From an uncultured Trueperaceae bacterium (lineage in GTDB: Bacteria > Deinococcota > Deinococci > Deinococcales > Trueperaceae), in contig CAVSGP010000014.1 in NCBI GenBank assembly GCA_963727505.1, positions 1 through 64,000 of the forward strand: DNA of 64,000 nucleotides, in the 5' to 3' direction. The position numbers and the translations under genes are program-made. The notes beneath the pieces were generated by a model that was not told where the DNA came from, searched no databases, and saw only the letters and a program-made list of their open reading frames with translations. Shown here piece after piece: positions 61,295 to 64,000 of this stretch (position 1 is its first letter; every line of letters starts with the position of its first letter).

Positions 61295-62158
61295 ATGGCC
61301 AACCGTACGCTGAAAGCCCTGACACTGACGTTGTTCGCTGCCCTGATCGGCGCGCTGGCATTCGCCCAGGGCGACCTGATGCAGCAGATCCAACAGCGGG
61401 GATACATCCGCGTCGCGACCGCCAACGAGATCCCGTACGGCTACATCGACCAGAAGGGTGACGCCAAGGGGATCGCCCCCGACGTTGCCACGGCCGTGCT
61501 CAAGAGCATGGGGATCACCGACATCCAGTGGATCGTCACCGAGTTCGGCTCGCTGATCCCCGGCCTCAAGGCCAACCGCTTCGACATGGCGGCCGCCAGC
61601 CAAGCGATCCTTCCGGCGCGCTGCCAGCAGGTGATCTACTCGAAGCCCAACTCCAGCTACGGTGAAGGCCTCATGGTGGCCGCTGGCAACCCGAAGAACA
61701 TCCACGGCTACCAGGACTTCGTGAACAACTCGAGCCTCAAGATGGGGATCGTGTCCGGCGCCGACCAGCTCGACTTCGCGCATGCCATGAACATCCCCGA
61801 TAGCCAGCTCGTGAGCATCCCGTCCAACACCGATGCGCTCTCGGCCGTCACGACCGGCCGCATCGACGCCTACGCCGGCACGGGCCTGACGGTCGACCGT
61901 CTCGCCGCCAAGTCCGACAAGGTCCAGCCCGCCGACCCGTTCAACGACCCCGTCGTCAACGGCAAGGCTGTTCGCAGCTGGGGCGGCTTCACGTTCAACA
62001 TGAACAACACCGCCTTCCGTGACGCCTACAACAAGGCGCTCGCAGCGTTCCAGCAGACGCCCGAGTACGAGAAGATCCTGACGAGCTACGGCTTGAGCAA
62101 GGGCGACGTTCAGCAGGCCCTCGCCAAGACGACCCAGGAGCTGTGCAGCGGACAGTAA
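61295..62158 (+). CDS. ehuB: Ectoine/hydroxyectoine ABC transporter substrate-binding protein
   Basis: Signal peptide; ANEIPYGY, FGSLIPGL, ILPARCQQV, C-terminal TQELC. Confidence 0.85.
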   Translation: MANRTLKALTLTLFAALIGALAFAQGDLMQQIQQRGYIRVATANEIPYGYIDQKGDAKGIAPDVATAVLKSMGITDIQWIVTEFGSLIPGLKANRFDMAAASQAILPARCQQVIYSKPNSSYGEGLMVAAGNPKNIHGYQDFVNNSSLKMGIVSGADQLDFAHAMNIPDSQLVSIPSNTDALSAVTTGRIDAYAGTGLTVDRLAAKSDKVQPADPFNDPVVNGKAVRSWGGFTFNMNNTAFRDAYNKALAAFQQTPEYEKILTSYGLSKGDVQQALAKTTQELCSGQ

Positions 62159-62171
62159 CCGCTGCTGATCC

Positions 62172-62217
62172 GGCGGATGGGAGCCCTGAGGCTCCCATCC
62201 GCCCCCCTATCTTTCTT
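62172..62217 (+). terminator. Hairpin plus pyrimidine tail after ehuB
   Basis: GGCGGATGGGAGCC-CTGA-GGCTCCCATCCGCC, then CCCCTATCTTTCTT. Confidence 0.7.
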
Positions 62218-62363
62218 CAGGCCGTGACGCCCATCCGCCCCGCCCGGCGCCTCCTCGCGAGGCGCGTCGTCGTGTCGGAGCCCCGCCAGATCTGGCGGGG
62301 GTTCCCGGCGACCTGGCGAGGTCGAAGGCTCACGCGCTACCTCTGGGAAGGGGGAGGACGGGC

Positions 62364-63032
62364 ATGGACCTGAGCACCCTGTTGCCGCCGTTGCTCAAAG
62401 GCGCGCGGGTCACGGCCGAACTGGCACTGATGTCGACGGTTCTGGGAGGTGTGATGGCCTTCCTGACCGGGATCGGCAAGCTGTCGCGCTTCTGGCCGGC
62501 GCGCATCCTGTCGATCATCTATGTGGAAGTCTTTCGCGGCACCAGTCTTCTGGTGCAGATGTTCTGGATCTATTACGCGTTGCCGCTGCTGGGCGTGAGC
62601 CTGGGCGCCACCCTGGCCGGCGTCCTGGCGCTCGGCCTCAACATCGGCGCCTACGGTGCCGAGGTCGTGCGTGGCGCCATCCTGTCCGTGCCTACGGGGC
62701 AGTACGAGGCCTCGGTGGCGCTCAACTTCACGCGCCGCCACACGCTCTGGAACGTGGTGCTTCCGCAGGCGCTGGTGGAGATGATGCCGCCGTTCGGCAA
62801 CCTGGTCGTGCAGAACCTCAAGGATACCGCCCTGGTATCGCTGATCACCCTGAGCGACCTCACCTTCCGCGCCCAGAACATCCGCAACCTGACGTTGGAG
62901 ACGGTGCCCATCTACAGTCTCACGTTGCTCCTGTACTTCGCCATGGCGCTGGTGCTGATGTTCGGCATGCGCTGGCTCGAGCGCGTCATCGCGAACCGCG
63001 TCGGCGTGACCGCTGCGAGGGCACGCTCATGA
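62364..63032 (+). CDS. ehuC: Ectoine ABC transporter permease
   Basis: YVEVFRGTSLLVQMFW, GAYGAEVVRG, GQYEA. Confidence 0.85.
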   Translation: MDLSTLLPPLLKGARVTAELALMSTVLGGVMAFLTGIGKLSRFWPARILSIIYVEVFRGTSLLVQMFWIYYALPLLGVSLGATLAGVLALGLNIGAYGAEVVRGAILSVPTGQYEASVALNFTRRHTLWNVVLPQALVEMMPPFGNLVVQNLKDTALVSLITLSDLTFRAQNIRNLTLETVPIYSLTLLLYFAMALVLMFGMRWLERVIANRVGVTAARARS

Positions 63033-63721
63033 TGTTCGGCATCCACTGGGACCTCAGTTCCAACTGGGCGTTCGCAGTGTCCATCATCCCCATCCTGCTG
63101 CGCGGCATGATCATCACCGTCGAGGCCACGGCGCTCGGCTTCCTGGTCGCGTTGCTGCTCGGCATGGTCTTCGCGTTGTTGCGGGCCGTTCCGCTCAAGA
63201 TCGTGTCCTGGCCGGTGGCCTTCATCATCGAGTTCGTGCGCGACACGCCGCTGCTGGTGCAGCTCTACTTCCTCTATTTCGTGCTGCCCAATTACGGCAT
63301 CGTGCTGCCGGCCTTCATGACCGGCGCCATCGCGCTGGGCGTGCAGTACAGCGCCTACACCTCGGAGGTGTACCGGGCCGGGCTCGAGGCCGTGCCTCGC
63401 GGGCAGTGGGAAGCGTCGCTGGCGCTCAACATGCCCACCTGGCTGGTGTACCGCGACGTGGTGGTGCCCCAGGCCGTCCCGCGCGTGATCCCTGCGCTCG
63501 GCAACTACCTGGTGTCGATGCTCAAGGACACACCTATCCTGTCGGCCGTGACGGTGCTGGAGATGCTGAACCTGGCGACCATCATCGGGGACCGTACCTT
63601 CCGCTACCTGGTCCCGCTGTCGATGGTGGGTGGCCTGTTCCTGCTCCTGACCATCTTCAGCTCCTGGCTGGTGCGGGTGCTCGAGCGGCGGATGCCCAAC
63701 GACGGCATCCCGCTGCGCTAG
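63029..63721 (+). CDS. ehuD: Ectoine ABC transporter permease
   Basis: RDTPLLVQLYF, YSAYTSEVYRAG, GQWEA, PALGNYLVSMLKDTP. Confidence 0.85.
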   Translation: MMFGIHWDLSSNWAFAVSIIPILLRGMIITVEATALGFLVALLLGMVFALLRAVPLKIVSWPVAFIIEFVRDTPLLVQLYFLYFVLPNYGIVLPAFMTGAIALGVQYSAYTSEVYRAGLEAVPRGQWEASLALNMPTWLVYRDVVVPQAVPRVIPALGNYLVSMLKDTPILSAVTVLEMLNLATIIGDRTFRYLVPLSMVGGLFLLLTIFSSWLVRVLERRMPNDGIPLR

Positions 63722-63730
63722 GCGCAAGGA

Positions 63731-64000
63731 GTGGACCGACCCACGCTCCGCGACGTCTACGTGGCCGCCCGCGCCATGGCGGGCGTGGTGCGGCGCACGC
63801 CGCTGGTCGAGAGCGCAGCGCTGGCGGGCGCGGCCGGCGGCCCCGTGCACCTGAAGCTGGAGAACCTCCAGCTCACCGGCGCCTTCAAGGCGCGCGGCGC
63901 CACCAACGCCCTGGCCGCGCTCTCCGCCGAGCAGCGCGAACGTGGCGTGATCGCCGTCTCCACCGGTAACCACGGGCGCGCCGTGGCCACGGCGGCGCAG
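63731..64000 (+). CDS. eutB: Hydroxyectoine utilisation dehydratase EutB (threonine dehydratase family), truncated by window end
   Basis: Manual translation from GTG: ...RRTPLVES...HLKLENLQLTGAFKARGATNA...VSTGNHGRAVA; STGNHG is EutB-like. Confidence 0.78.
   Translation, partial: MDRPTLRDVYVAARAMAGVVRRTPLVESAALAGAAGGPVHLKLENLQLTGAFKARGATNALAALSAEQRERGVIAVSTGNHGRAVATAAQ

Overview
High-GC bacterial chromosomal segment, most likely from the phylum Deinococcota (Thermus/Truepera-like). This is inferred from close resemblance to Thermus homoisocitrate dehydrogenase, ba3 oxidase, cytochrome c552, EF-G2 and sdhCDAB, from DUF4388 proteins, and from many leaderless TANNNT promoters. Layout: (1) 1-7.7 kb, a surface-polysaccharide locus (wzz, rmlDCB, ugd, UDP-glucuronate epimerase, rmlA, SLC13 permease) with many single-base frameshifts. 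(2) 7.8-24.7 kb, cell-envelope, division and signalling genes (amidase, YhcB/ZapG-like, class III cyclase, envC, ftsX, DUF4388 plus output-less HAMP sensor) with hicdH, glyA and hemG. (3) 24.9-27.8 kb, a ba3-type oxidase operon whose CuA subunit is fused to a cytochrome c552 domain. (4) 28-54 kb, mostly housekeeping genes (EF-G2, metK, gatB, alaX, folE, sdhCDAB, gatA), including a circularly permuted CcdA immediately downstream of an apparently catalytically dead HemC paralogue, and a structured metK leader. (5) 54.4-64 kb, an ectoine/hydroxyectoine uptake and catabolism cluster (doeA/eutD, GntR, MetB-like, Hom, ALDH, ehuABCD, eutB) with a non-canonical enzyme set and face-to-face promoters. 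I saw no rRNA, tRNA, CRISPR array or mobile element. All family assignments come from motif recognition, not database searches.
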